A stretch of DNA of 64,000 bases, taken from NCBI GenBank assembly GCA_012295275.1, contig CM022671.1:25916001-25980000 (forward strand), in the 5' to 3' direction. The stretch is from Chrysomallon squamiferum. Taxonomy: Eukaryota > Animalia > Mollusca. Positions 49,134-63,707 of this stretch are shown piece after piece (positions within the stretch are counted from its first letter, which is position 1; every line of letters starts with the position of its first letter). The translations under genes and the position numbers were made by a program. A model generated the notes under the pieces. It made no database searches. It was given only the letters and a program-made list of their open reading frames with translations, and was not told the origin of the DNA.

Positions 49134-50621
49134 TATCAGTGCTAGATGACACTGGCAAAAACTAAAAAAAAAAAAAAAGGAAATATATTATTTTAAAAGG
49201 AAAAAAATCTATTTTTGTATTTTAATCTGCATATAAAGGAAGTATTTCCATTTATAGAATTTTATTAAAATGCCTTTGCATGCAAAAAGATGCAAATATT
49301 TTAATGTACATGTATGCAGTTGAAAGCTGAAACGTAACTACAGAAATGACAATTTCAATGATCAAGTTCCTCTGTTGTAAAATTACCCATTTCCTTTCTC
49401 ATTGACAGTGTTTGAAAGTAACATGCTTGTTAACCATATTACAAAATTACTTTACTTAATAATGCTTCGATATTATTATGCCTTACATTTAATTTTTGCA
49501 AATAGTAAAATAAAAATTAAAATAAGCAAACTTAATAATGATATATAATAATAATTAAAATAAAATTGATTATAATTTTAATAACATCTTACAAGTATTT
49601 TCAGATGTATTAACAATTAAATGTTAATTTATATAATTTTTAGAAAAAATAAACTAAAATATTAGATATATTAATTTGTTAATTTGTTTTAGGCATATGA
49701 ATCTTTTAAAGTGAAACCAAATACACGAAACTGAAACTGCAAACACACTGATATAAAAATATTTTTAATGTTCAGTACTTTATTAATCAATGAATTATAT
49801 ATTTAATTACAAATATCTAATTAATGACTATCTTGTAAGACGTACTAAACAGAAACAGAAAACCCCAAATTGATGAGGTTTAACACAGGAAAATATCAGT
49901 GGAAGAACTCTGATTTTTACATTCAGTTATACTTATAGGTTAGATTTATCCAAAATCATGATTCATGAAATCTGAACAGAGTTTTGGGGTTTTGAAACTT
50001 TCAGTGATATGCTGGTTAATGTATGGCATTAAAAAAAGCAGTTTCCTGCTTTAATATATTTTGTGAATCAGTAAATGTAAATAGCACATTCATTTTGTTA
50101 TCACAGCCATGAGTATTGATAACAGGTTTTTAATATCCTTTCAACCAAACAGATTCAGCTGACATATCAGAAAATAATGTACCTCATTGTGTAAAATCTA
50201 TTAGAGTAGTTCAATAAAACCCAGGATTGAATTCTAAGTGAAAAATAATGTAAATTTCTCTAATGTTAAAAATTCATTGAAATGAGAATCAGAAGGAATA
50301 CCGAGAAATACTTCTTATGCACACTGTTATATATTGTGCTATCTAAAATAATGACAGTCTAATATTAATATACTTTCATGTCAGTTAAAGAATGTCACAG
50401 ATAGACTAGATCATTGGTGGGATCACTGTTTTCAGTCCTAGCATTTCCTACTCTGCTGTGAAACATACCACTCCAAACATACATACAAGCACTTTCTTAA
50501 ACGTCTGGGAGTATTTAACTGTGTCTGATGAGGTTGAATCCCGCAAACATATTTAGTTTTAAATAAACAGAATGACAAATAATTGTTTTTCAAGAAATTC
50601 TTAATTTTTAAAAGTAGTTTT

Positions 50622-50672
<51 letters not shown>

Positions 50673-51401
50673 TTAGATATTATTTGTTCCATCAAGAACT
50701 TTAGAACTGAACCATTATTTAATAATAATATTGAACTTCTTGAACAAAGTTTTTGTTTCATATTATCACTATCAGTATCAGGCAATAACCATAATGTTAT
50801 ATTAATAAATAATAATTAGAATAAATTAAAATAAAATAAAATAAAAAATATGTTGCATTTGTCAGTAAAACTGTTAAAAAAAATTAAAATAAAAGTAAAT
50901 AAATTACAAAATAAAATAAAATAAAATAAAATAAAATAAATAAAAGTAATAAAACAATAAAAATTTTAAAAAAAAATGTAAAAATGTATAGATGATTTGG
51001 TGAAATTATTAGGAATTATCCTGAAAGTGAAAAATTATATGTCAAATATAATAATACTTTTTAGATCCTGAAAGAAAGTATTTAATGTTTTAACTTTAAG
51101 TGTAACTTGATAATATAATGGTTTTTTGTACATATATTAGAAATAAAAAACTAAAAATTAAATATATAATAAAATGAAAACAGGTATTACCTATCAGAGA
51201 TGTAAAGGCAAGTAATGCCAACAGTCCCTGGACAAAAAGACCTACAGGTCCTAAAAGATCGCCAGTTGAACATTTGCTTCCATTCATCTGTTCGTGAGAA
51301 ATTGAGGTATTTACAGCATACACGTGATTTTCGTGATGTATAGACAGAATATTAACACTGTTTGTTTTTGTATCAGTCGTCAACAAATTCATCAATGCCA
51401 T
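43383..51401 (-). CDS. STIMATE: Store-operated calcium entry regulator STIMATE (TMEM110), 304 aa, complete
   Basis: Exons (minus): 51401-51191 (..[17 protein letters not shown]), 49053-49005 ([17 protein letters not shown]), 48472-48377 ([27 protein letters not shown]), 46017-45896 ([23 protein letters not shown]), 45314-45202 ([24 protein letters not shown]), 44740-44657 (..[15 protein letters not shown]), 43622-43383 ([24 protein letters not shown]). Total 915 nt, in frame; motifs match human TMEM110. Confidence 0.96.
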
Positions 51402-51514
51402 ACCTCCTAACTGTATGTTTATCTTATCATTTTGAACTAAAATAATACACTACACAATAAAAATATTGAGCAATGTTTTCTCCTGATACGAATTCCTTCC
51501 ATTTTCACACATTG

Positions 51515-51605
51515 ACAGGTACCCGGAAGTTAGAGATCAAGACATGCGCATTATAACATCAATCGCCAAAGACAGTTATTTGTTAGTAACGTGTTACTAA
51601 AACAA
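51515..51605. promoter_or_regulatory. STIMATE proximal promoter (ETS/GABP, NRF1-like site, palindrome)
   Basis: CCGGAAGT at about 51523, CATGCGCA at about 51543, and an inverted repeat TTAGTAAC-GT-GTTACTAA at about 51583-51600, 120-200 nt upstream of the ATG. Confidence 0.55.
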
Positions 51606-52358
51606 AACTGTTGCTACAATGCAGATTAAAGTCTAGATTGTTGTTGTTTTTTGTTGTTTTTTTAAGTCAAATGAAACCTATTTTAAAGTATATAAATGAA
51701 TCAAATCATCACTTGCTTACTTGAATATAAAAAGGAATAAAATACCCAGCATATGCACAACAATAACTGACCAAATTGTTTTTTAAAGGTTCTGTAGAAA
51801 ATAGAATATAGAATAAATAGATCCAATGGTAATATTAAAATTTTCTTTATTTCATTAGAAAAATATTTTTAAATCTGTGAAATAATATATATTGTAATTT
51901 TCTAATTTATATCAATGTTACAGTAAAAAAATGTTGTAATAGTTTTTATTAGAAATAATAAAGACATTTTTATCATCTCCAAAACACTGAATTTTTAGCA
52001 AGTTTACAAAAAGTTATACTTAAATCTATTTAGCATATTAAAATCGGTGTCTAGATTATATTGAAGCAGTTTTGAAATAATAATAATAATAATAATAAAA
52101 TCCTTTTATTGCAATTCAATCAGTTAATTGCAAATCGATAATTTTAAACATTCCGTTAACGTGTGTTTTAATAAACCGAAATATCATTTTTATTTGTTTT
52201 ATATTGATAATATCTGTAAAGGTAATATGTTTATCACACCTACTTAAATATATAGTCGATTTAAAAATGATAAAGACATTTTATCATTTGATAAAAACAG
52301 TTTATTATAAAAGCATTCATTGCTGAAATTGTAATAAACGAAAAACACACAGTGTACA

Positions 52359-52472
<114 letters not shown>

Positions 52473-52702
52473 TATGTATGTATATGCATAATGCTAAAAG
52501 TATTTCGGGGCATTCAGTCGGTGCCAGAGCGGGTCATAGTGTTTTCCTTTGTCATTTCCTTTAGTCTGATCCCATAAGAATTAATAAACAGATACTCGAA
52601 AGTCTGACTCTAGTTAAAAAAAAATTCAGTTTTAGATAGACAGATAGACAGATATAAAACTGTATGTATTATTTTAACATTTTCCCGTTTATTATAATTA
52701 TT

Positions 52703-52800
52703 TTGAAGATCTCAGCTGCAAGAGGTTGCTGCCACTAGCACATCCCGGTGGCGGGGGGAGAGATGGGGATTACTCGAATACGACTGCCCAAGTTGGTTTC
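52703..52800. other. GC-rich island, probably a dispersed-repeat remnant
   Basis: AAGAGGTTGCTGCCACTAGCACATCCCGGTGGCGGGGGGAGAGATGGGGATTACTCGAATACGACTGCCC stands out from AT-rich flanks; no ORF. Confidence 0.3.
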
Positions 52801-53116
52801 TATATTATGTTTACTATTTTCAAAACGGGCGACTCTTGAAATCTTGAAATCTGCTTTTCATTTGGCCAATTTTTTTCATGGCTATGTAGTTTCGCAGATA
52901 TAATAAGCCAAAGAACCATTAAGTAGCAAATCATTTTTAGCAAATCCAAATCCAAATTTAATTTATTATTATTATTATTTTAATTAATTAATTAATTACT
53001 TTTTGTTGGTGTGTGTGCTCATATAACTGTATTTTTGTATAACAGGATGATAATATAAAGAGAAAGGATAATCTTTGTCGAATTATACAGTTTGGACAAA
53101 ATTAGTTTTAAAAAAT

Positions 53117-53147
<31 letters not shown>

Positions 53148-53838
53148 TATAAAATAAAGGATTTTAAATAACAACATTACTAAATAAAAAAAATTCTAAT
53201 AATATAATATTAGATAAAAATTTAAAAATTAAGAAGAAGGAGGAGAGGAGAAGGAGGAGGAAATAGTAGTAGTAATAATAATAATAATCCTCTAGCCACA
53301 CAGCAGAGATAGTGTACATTACTATGGTACCATTACCTAGTCATTTACCCATAATGGTTTCATTTCAAATCTTCAATACTCCCTTAAATGAAAACTCCCA
53401 TAATGTAATTTATTAATCTGTTTAATAATTGTTTGCAAATTTCAAATACCTGAACACATTTGCGAAAAATTGTAATTTATCTACAATTTTATCGCAGATT
53501 TCTTGTGTATATATAAACTAATTTTTCATAAAGTTTAAAAAAAAAGAAAAAAAGAAGAAAACAAAAACAGTTTTGAGTTTGTTCGTTTGCAATGAACTGA
53601 TTAATAAATATTTGGTTTTTGCGCCAAAATGAAGGAAAAGTTAATTGATCAAAATGTTTCATTCAACCCCATCATTCTTTACAACTGTGGCCTTTTCATA
53701 AAAACTGGCAGCATTTATCACTGAATGAAATTGTAGCTGTGGTAGGGACAAATAAAGGAAAACAAAATGATAATAACAAAGTGTGCGGAGGGCCATGTAT
53801 ATTTGCATGCATGTTTGAGTGTATATATGTGTAAATGC

Positions 53839-53891
<53 letters not shown>

Positions 53892-55254
53892 TTTGGAAAT
53901 GGAAGGGTTGTTTGTTGCATATTTTAATTTAATGTGAAACTTTACAAAAATATATTTATGAATGACGTAATTCCAGTGAATGTAATACACTGACTGAATG
54001 AAATGATGAATGAACATCTGGAATATTTAGACGTGCTAACGTGGTAAACTTTAACAGTTAAAGTAACGAAAAGTAATTTACTTATTTTTTCCTTAAGAAA
54101 ACCCCCACAATCATTCTTAATGCCCTAAATTACAAAAAGATTATGTAGTATATGTAGGCATATTAAAACAATGTAGATATTTATGAAATCTTTCATAAAA
54201 ATTAATGTTGATGCTCATCCTAAAAGCAACTTATATTAGTTTAACATTGAGGCTTTTCTAATATACAGTCTAAACGTCTATAAAGGTTTTGTTTTAATCC
54301 CCCCCCCCGCTTACCTTTATTTCCCAACAGTTTGTTTTATCATATATGGATCTTGACGAATAACATTAATGGCGCGCCATTTCTGTCTTTTCCACATCCA
54401 TATTTGTAAAAAAAATTACTATTGTTTCTTAATTCATATGAAGTCTTTATACATTATAATTAAACATCTTCGCATTATCTTCCCGTTATCTTTTGATAAA
54501 ATAATCTTCTTCATCCCAGAGTTAAATTTGTAAAAGTATTCACCATAGGATACAAATCAGAATATTGATTAATTAGGAAAGTGATTTTGATAATCAAAAT
54601 CTAATGTTTTTAAAAATCAAAGTGAATTTCTTTTGTATCTTATAGACCAAAGCAGTCTTGTAAATCGGTTGTGTTTTCGTTGTTGTTGTTGTTGGTGGTG
54701 GTGTTCTAGTTATTTTCAAACAATTCTTTAATGTTGTTATATTTCGTGAAATTTCTTGAATTAAACTCTTATTTTGTTTTCTAATCTTAATTAATCTGTT
54801 ACGTTAAAATACATTTACACACTTTCGGGCAATTTATTATTACCAAAACTAAACATAAAACAGTAAAATATCTCCAAAACTTCCAAATCATCCAAATTCA
54901 TCTTTATTATTTAGTCAGAACGTTAATTTAAATAAATTACTTAATGTTTCTTCTTTGTTAAAATTAAAATTCAATATTTTATTATTTCTAATTGTTTTCT
55001 AAGTATGGTTACACAAGATCACCATCGCCTAGGGTCGTTCGCTTTATGATCATTGGTTGCCTCGTAACTATTATGGGCACATCTATCTAGAAAGTTTATT
55101 TAAAATACATAAATTATAAATTTTATTTACTGAGAGGATTGCATATCCCCTTTTTAATAAAATGACTGCAATGAATGAATCATGGAAATTTAAGAATTCT
55201 AAAGATTTCAAGTGCATTTTAGAGTATGTGAAATATATTCTATGTAGTCGTTTC

Positions 55255-55412
55255 AATAATCTGCGCATGCGTCAATTGGCAGTTGCCATCTTGATGAAAA
55301 TAGTATCCGAACCCACACGTCAAGAATATACGTTTAATTTTCCTATCGGAAGAAAAAGGTATATTTTTCTTTTCGATAAAAGTGGAAGCGAAATGTGCTT
55401 CCACAGGTAATA
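55255..55412 (+). promoter_or_regulatory. Putative SFMBT promoter and non-coding first exon
   Basis: NRF1 motif TGCGCATGCG (55262-55271), YY1 GCCATCTT (about 55286), CpG enrichment and donor CAG|GTAATA at about 55407. A second YY1 site, AAAATGGCGG, is at about 55946. Confidence 0.5.
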
Positions 55413-57831
55413 TATTTTTATTCGTTTTTTTATTTGATATGCATTTGATAATAACTAAAACTAAAATACAGCGATTTGCACGTCGTCTTATTTTGGACTC
55501 TTCCATAGAAAATATATGCAGTAATATCAATTTATGAAATAATTATTTTACTGAATATTTTTCAGTTATTCACAGGAAAAATATAAATTTTCGTTCAAAC
55601 ATGAAGTCAAAAATGTTATATTAGTAGCGCAGTTTTCTTCTTTTCGTTCAACCAATTTTATTTTAGATTTAACTTATAACTTTTTAGGACAAGGTGATTT
55701 TCCGATAAAGCGGTGTTAAACATTTAAATGACGATCAAAACAAACTGCTATTTGAAATATTTATCACAGGCAAAACAAAATTATGTAATAGATAATACTG
55801 TTGCAACATGATTCTTATTTTTTTCTTATAAAAACATTTACAAAAATCCCTAAATCACTCAATAAAAAATATAAAATAATTTGGTAAAATATATTTTTTA
55901 TTTGCAATTAAAATAAACACTTCCACTTCAGATGCGAAATGATGCAAAATGGCGGTGTTTGTCTTTATAAGTAACATTATATTAACTACATTAGATAAAT
56001 TATTTGTCATTACATTTTAATATTAAATTATTATTTTTAAATCCATGATATTTATAATGCAATTTCAACTGGACTGCATTTTAATAAATCAATATACGAC
56101 AGTTGTATAGCTAATAACAGAAACCTATCTCCCCTGAATTGGAAGAATCTATAATTATGTTAATTTCAAGGTAAAGGTTGTTACTACTTATAGTATTAAT
56201 AATTTTGCTGCGTGTATCCAGAAACTTTGTCGTCTCAGGTAGTTCTGGTTTTAACTAAATAGGGAGAGACGTGTAAATGAAGACGGAAATGTTATTTAAT
56301 CAGATAATAATGTATTTATATATTTTTTAAATTTGATTTTAATTTTCTTTATATTATGTTTTTAAATTTGAAGTTCACATCATTCAGTCTTTTCAGAGGT
56401 GTTAATCAGGAATTTGATTCTCATTATTAATGGTCATAATTATGTTCATCTGTATGACCTGCCTCATTATGTCTCAAATGATAAAGAATGATCCTGATTT
56501 AATTTAATTTTTTCTGATGTGCCTTTTAATATTTGTAACATATTTCATTTATATTATAGATATTTATTATTATTATTATTGTTATTATTTTTTGTGAATC
56601 ATATTAAATGTATTAAGCAGATGTGTCAGTTTACTGTTATTCTAACAAAAATAATTTTTAAATTTAAGATATATTATTGACATAGTTTGCTTGCATCATT
56701 TAAAATATATATATACATATTATTTGTGTCTGTTGTAAGCTTATTCAGTAATTGTTTTATTATGTATCATCAATTTATATTACAATTTTAAAATCTTCCT
56801 TTGAAAGCACTTCATTTTTACATAATTTTTCATTTATTTTTGCTTGGGCTGTTGTAAATATTTTGTTACAGTTCCAGATGTCTCTTGTTGAACATATTTT
56901 ATCTATTTATACTAAATCACAATTTTAAAATAATCCAGATTGTCAAACAAAAAAAAAATATTTTCATGCATTAATGGAAATTAAACAAACAGTATCCCTA
57001 AGAATTTTTCTAAAAAAAAATTACAATAAAATAAAATAAATGTTTCATACACATATATTCCTTCAGTTATATGTAAATTTTAATTTATTTATTTTTTTAC
57101 CAGTTTTCTGTTTTAATTTTTAATAGTTATAGAGTTTCTTTACCTGTTAGTATATATACCACACCCACATTACTGTTGTTTCACAGATACTTTTAATATT
57201 GCATTGCTAATTTCCACAGTCGAAATAATAAAAAGTTATTTAACATTAACCTTGAAAAAAATATTTTCAGCTGTAGGAAATAAAAGAAAAATGAAAAGTT
57301 ATTCCAGAAACAACTTCTGTTTCCTCTACTGCACATAATGTAGAATTTGTTTCTATGTATATATCCATGATTGAACATTCACAGAAAAAATTCTATTTTA
57401 ATAAATCTGTTAACATAACCAGTTAATTGACGGGAAGCTAGTGATAAAGTATACAAATCAAACTGAATAAAATTCTGTTTCTGGGTCAAGAACAAAAACA
57501 AACAAACAAACAAACAAACAAACAAAAAAAAAAGGTAATAATAATAATTATAAATAAATAGAAAATAATAATAACAAACAAATAATAGATTTAGTTTTAA
57601 ATTAAATAGGTGAAAACAAAAGAAAACAAAATGTCATTAGAAGAATGATCATTTCTAATGACACCAACAATGGTACTATTTTTAAAACTGAATTTTATTA
57701 AACTGTCTCTAAAATTTGTAATAATTTTATCTAATTGACTGGATAATGCATGCTTAGAATTATTATTATTTTATTTTATTTTATTTTATTTTATTTAATG
57801 ATATTATTTCGTTCTTTCTTATTATTAATAT

Positions 57832-57879
<48 letters not shown>

Positions 57880-58737
57880 ATTTGTTTGTTACCAGTTTAT
57901 CACAAATGTGTCCTCATTTTGATACACATTTTTGAAGTTGTCATTTCATTGGTACTTACATAGGATGAAAAGGTCTATTTAAACAACCTGGGTCTAGTAA
58001 AAATTAAAACATAGTTAAATTTATGTTTTACATAAACAGTTAAAACAATGTTACTCTGTAATACTAATGGAAATGGACTTCCTGTCTATTTGCTTCAATG
58101 TCTCTAAGTTTTTTATTACTTAAAATTATCATTATTTTAATGCACATATATATTGACATTATTCAATTGCAGTTTTTCTTCTTCTTCTTCTTTTTTTAAT
58201 CTTTAATAATTTTTCTTTCTGAATATATATATTTGCATTAATTTTCTATAGTTGATATGGCATAAAGCCAGTGTGTTTTCACTGTTGAAGAATTTACAAT
58301 GGTTTCTGTTCACTAATGATGGCCAACTGTCATCTTTTATCAAAATTATTAGGTCAGACCATATCATTTTATAGTCTGCATTTGTTATCTGTACAGAAAC
58401 ATATGCATATAAAATATTTTTGAGTTTTTGATAATGAAACTCTTTGAATATATAATAGTAAATGTCAGAATTTATGTTTGCACTGGTGACTATATTTCTA
58501 CATCAAATAAAAAAAAGTAGGAAAAAAAAGGGATGAAATAAAAAGTAGGAAATGTCATACTTATTTTTCAATGCAGTAGTAAAATTAATAATTTCTAACA
58601 GCTAGAATGAAAAAAATAACTGAAATAGTATTTTGTACAAAGAGTGTTACATAGCATATATGTATTTTATTTCTATTATTTTAATTATAATTACCCAGTA
58701 ATAAGATGATGTTGTAGTTGATAACCCAGAGAACATA

Positions 58738-59116
58738 AAAATTTGGCAAGATATGTAAAAACTGTTTACAGTTTGCAGCTTAAGAATATATAAAAATTAA
58801 TTTTTTCAGATTCATTTTTTCTCTGATTTGAAATTTTGCAACATAGGTAAAACTATTTTGCTGTTTCCAGCTTATGTCTATATATATTCAGATACATGTT
58901 TTGTATGATTGAAATGATGAAATTTTGCAAGATATATAAAAATATTTTACAATTTGCAGCTTATGAATATCTAAACATTTTTTTTTTTTTCAGGTACATT
59001 TTCTTTTTATGATTTGAAATTTTGTAAGATACGTAAAAATTATTTTATAATTTGCAGCTCATAAATATATAAATAAATAATTTTTTTCAGATACACATTC
59101 TCTATGATTTGAAACG
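58738..59116. repeat. Four-unit ~82-102 bp tandem array containing the SFMBT first coding-exon acceptor
   Basis: Unit AATTTTGCAAGATAT.TAAAAA...TTTACA.TTTGCAGCTTA.GAATAT.TAAA...TTTTTTCAG.TACA.TT.TCT.TGATTTGAAA, with CAG ends at 58809, 58891, 58993 and 59090. Confidence 0.85.
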
Positions 59117-62100
59117 ATGGATCCGATGAAACTGACAACCACTGTGACATGTCAGACTAATTCCTGTCCACTTGTGACGACAACCTACTCTGCCGATGGC
59201 ATCCTTCAGACGTCACCTCTCAGCACAGTCAACATTCCACAGGGCTTCTGCTTCCCTAACATCCAGACTTCTATGGCGTCTGGGTATGCAACAAACCAGC
59301 AGCAGCTCACTGGAACTCCCTCTCCCCTGACCCCCTCCTCTCTGAACATGACCCTGGGTTTTCCCATCAACATGCCGCAGGGAGCAGCGGTTGGCCATCC
59401 TTTCATTCAGCCCATATCTGTGGGTCAGATGTGCTCCTCGGGGCTGGGCATTCCTCTGAATCAGGCCATCTTTGCCGTTTCCAACCCAGGACAGGGTCAG
59501 TTCATGTCAAATCCTTTCAACCAGTTTCAGCCCATCTTCAGCCAGTTCCAGCCCATTCTTTCCAACGCGTTCATGGGAGCACCGCAGAATGGCAACATGA
59601 CAAATCTAGCAGCATTAAATATTCAGCAAGGTAATTTCGCTTTAAATTCAGTGCCAGGAGAGTGTCTGCCCAAAGACAGCAGTTCTGAAGTGGTTGTGGA
59701 GTCCAGTAATGACTCCGATGGAGGTCTTTTGTCTGACAGTGCCAAGCAAGAAATTAACGAACTTTCAGACATGGACACCATTTTGAACATATCAAACATC
59801 GGTGATAGTGCTGGTAATGAGACAGCCTCTGTTGAAACTGAAAGTGACAAGACTGAAAAGGACAGTGAGACTGCCGTTAAGACTGAATCATTGACAACAG
59901 AGGGTACTGAAGATGATAGTAATGGACAGTCAGTTCTAGAAAAAAGTTCAGATTCTGCACAAAATAAACAGATAGTTTTAAGAAGTGACTCGTGTTCCCA
60001 GGATATGATTTCTGTGAAAGCGGATGCTTCTGCAACTGAACCTGTTTTGGAAGACAAAACTACAGAACCAAATTTGGAACAAAAGTCAGACAGTAAAATG
60101 AATAAAACGGATGTTACTCCAGAGAAGAAAAGTGAAATTAATTCCATTCATTTGCTAAAAAGAGAAGAAATAAAAACTGAACAGTTGGAACTGGACCGAA
60201 GCAAATTCAGCCAAATTGATGTTGCAGATTATAATGAAGGTATCCTTCTTATTTCATCTGTCTGTTTCTTCTTTTTTTTTTTTTTTTTTTTTTATATTCA
60301 TACTTAATCTTTATTTTGTTTATTATTTTTTTTGAATAAGTATTTGTCATCCTGAATCAGTTTTAAAAGAATAATGATAATTTTAGTGATTAACAATTGT
60401 AATATTATGTTTAAAATTTGCAGCATCATTTATTTATTTTGTGTTTCAGTATCAGATTCTAATTCAGAAAAATATAACATGTAAATATCTCATTTTCAAA
60501 GTCTGCTGTTTAATAAGGTTTGTTTTCATACTTACTATTCATTATGATTCATCAACTTATCTCATTACATGTAAATATTTCTTCTGTCAGATGGAATTCG
60601 TGTAGAATATGATCAAACAGAATTCAACTGGGAGAATTATCTACAGGAAACAGGTGCAAGTGCTGTTCCACCAACAGCATTTAAACATGTAAGGATTGCA
60701 TTAAACCACTGAATTATTTTCTTTAGGGTTGGATATATTGGATTTCATGTAGGAAAAATGGAAAAATTGTAAACTGGAAGAAATTTTATTTAAAAAATTA
60801 AAATAAAATATCCAGCAACTTCTGTGCTTTACAAATGAATTTTTCAGTTGCCTTAAAAGTTATATTTAAAAAAAAATAACAATAAAAATCTCTGCTTGAT
60901 ACTGTCTTGCTTGTTAAAAATTTTTTTTGACAGACATTGCTTTTGTCCAGTTTGATACAAACAAAAAATAAAATGCCCATGAATAAAGTGCTTTATGTAT
61001 GAATTTTTCAGTTGTCCAAAAAAAAAAAAAATTTGAAATTTAATCTTTTTTTTTAATGAACTATTTGATACAGTCTAGTATGGTAACCCTTTTTTTTTTG
61101 CAGACACTGTTTTTGGTCTGTTTGATTTGTTGATCGTAACAGATGTGTTTATATATATTTAACAGGTTGAGTGTAGTCTCCAGAGTGGCTTTGTTAAGGG
61201 TATGAAACTGGAGGCTCCTGTTAAAGGTTCTCCAGGGACTTACTGGATTGCATCGATTGTTATGACATGTGGGCAGCTGCTGCGACTGCGCTACGATGGT
61301 TACGACAACGACAGCTCAGCAGATTTCTGGTGTGACCTGATGACCTCAGAAATTCACCCCATAGGTTGGTGTGCTGAAAATAATGGTGTCCTTCAACCAC
61401 CAGAAGGTATGTAGAAAAATTGCTGATGTGACTATCTGTTTGAATTTAAAAAATAACAGGGGAATAGTTTGGAAATACACTTGAAACAGTTTCTTTTTAT
61501 TTTCGTAAGTAACAGTGAATAATTTCAGAAGAGAAATAATTGTAGGTTTAAACAAAAGAAATGTTACATTTTCATGCTTACTGGTAGTTATTCATTATCA
61601 TTATGTTTTCAGATGAAATTTATGTGTTTTCTTGAATGTAATTTATAAATGGTACATTTATACTTAAATATTTAACAATATTTCAGCTGTACTGAACAAA
61701 CTGAAATGTACAGACTGGAAAGAATATCTCAAAAGTTCTCTGAGTGGAGCTAAAACAGCAGAATCATATCTACTTGATAAGGTAAAAGAAAAAAATGTTA
61801 TTAAAAATCTCTTAATTTGTTTGCTTTACTGCAATTTTTAGTATTTAAAAAAGAAAAAAACAAGAAAAAAGAAGAACACAGCACAAACAATAAATAATAA
61901 GAAAAAAACAAAGGAAAAAACAATAGCAACAAATAAACAATGAAACAACATGCTAGAAGAAATAATATTAAAAAATAAAACTTTTTGAAAAATAAAACCA
62001 GTTGGTAAATGATCAAAATATCAAATATGAATTAAAAATAAAACAAAAATAATTTTATTAAAAATCCTGATCCTTAATAAACCCTTTAATTGGAAAATAC

Positions 62101-63707
62101 GAATTGAGACAAATACTTAGCAACTAAAATTAATTGCATGGTACCAGACATAACCCAGTTTTGTCAAATTCCAATGACTTTTTCAGACAACTGGATCAAC
62201 TCCAATTGATCAGCTGAAGCCCGACATGAAACTGGAACTTCAGGACAGCTACAACCCAACAAATATTTGGATCGTAAAGATCATCGAGAATGTTGGTGGT
62301 CGGCTGTACCTCAGATACGAAGGAATGACTTCGGGCAGTTCAGATTTCTGGTTGTTTTACTTGAATCACCATCTGCATCCCATCGGCTGGTGCAAGGAAA
62401 GGGGATACAAATACAAACCACCAAAAGGTGACAAGAATTTAGTATTGTTACGCTATTAACAAAAAAAGCCCACCCAAAACACAATCTGACTGTGTGGTAA
62501 TTATTAGAAGGCAATTTAATTTTATTTAAATTTATTGTTATTATTATTATTATTATTTATTATTTTATTATTATTATTATTTACTATTTTATTATATATT
62601 ATTATTATTTACAATTTTATTATTATTATTATTTTTATTATTGTTATCATTGCTATTTTATTATTATTATTACTTTTTTTTTTTTTTTTATTATCAAAAT
62701 CATCAATATCATTCATATATTTCATATAAAATTCTTTAAAGTTATAAAAATTGTCACCATTTGTTCCCCATTTCATTTGTGTATTTGACAGTTTATCTGT
62801 TTTGTTTTGTCAGCAGTTCCATTACTGCATTTGTTTTCTTTATTAATTTATTTTTGAATAATATTTTTATATGAAATGTTTCTCTGAAGGACATTTTGAT
62901 AATCACACTTCTGCTGAAATACAAGAAATACTGGACACTGCCATAAAAGAAGCAGAAGAACAAATACTTCCCACTGATATATTCAAGGTAATGTAAAACT
63001 ATGAAAACACATGTCATCATGCTAATTTGAGGGTTTCACCCTTTCATGTTATTGGTTCAAATGTTTTGTGATATAATTTACCAGTCTGCACGCAAACATT
63101 TACTTATCCCTTAATTATCACTTATTTTCACTTTCCTCATATAATAAGATCAATTTTATTTACATTAAAGGCAGCATTTTGCTTATTACTAACCTTACAC
63201 ACACCACTGATTTTTGTTACTCATTTCAAAGAAATATATGAAGAAAATATATATAACATATAAATATCCCTATTTTTTTTTTTTATCTGCTTCTTAACCA
63301 TGGACATATTGTAATTTCCAGGATATGTCAAACAGTTCTTTAAATGAGAACATAAGTAAATGACACCATTATTTGTTACCAGACTGATTTTGTAAAGTAA
63401 TTTTGTGTGTATATATATATATATATATTAATGATGCATTGATTTCTTTTCCAGGATCAAATAATCATTCCACAACATACATTCCACGTAGGTGAAAAGC
63501 TTGAAGCTGTGAATCCGGAGAGTAAAAACCAGATCTGCCCTGCAACTGTGGTCAAACTCTATGATGAATACTACTTCCTCATACAAATTGACAATCTTGA
63601 AGAAACCGACGGCAACCAGGTAAAAATATGTTGCCACAGCAAAACTCCGACCATCTTCCCCATACGCTGGTGTCAGTGGAAGGGACTACGACTTACTCAG
63701 CCTCCTG
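59117..63707 (+). CDS. SFMBT1: Scm-like with four MBT domains protein (SFMBT1/2-like); 3' part lies beyond the right edge
   Basis: Exons 59117-60239 (long low-complexity N-terminus), 60591-60688 ([22 protein letters not shown]), 61166-61406 ([41 protein letters not shown]), 61687-61781, 62187-62427 ([30 protein letters not shown]), 62890-62987, 63455-63707 ([40 protein letters not shown]). All phases are consistent; MBT1-3 match human SFMBT1/2. Confidence 0.94.
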
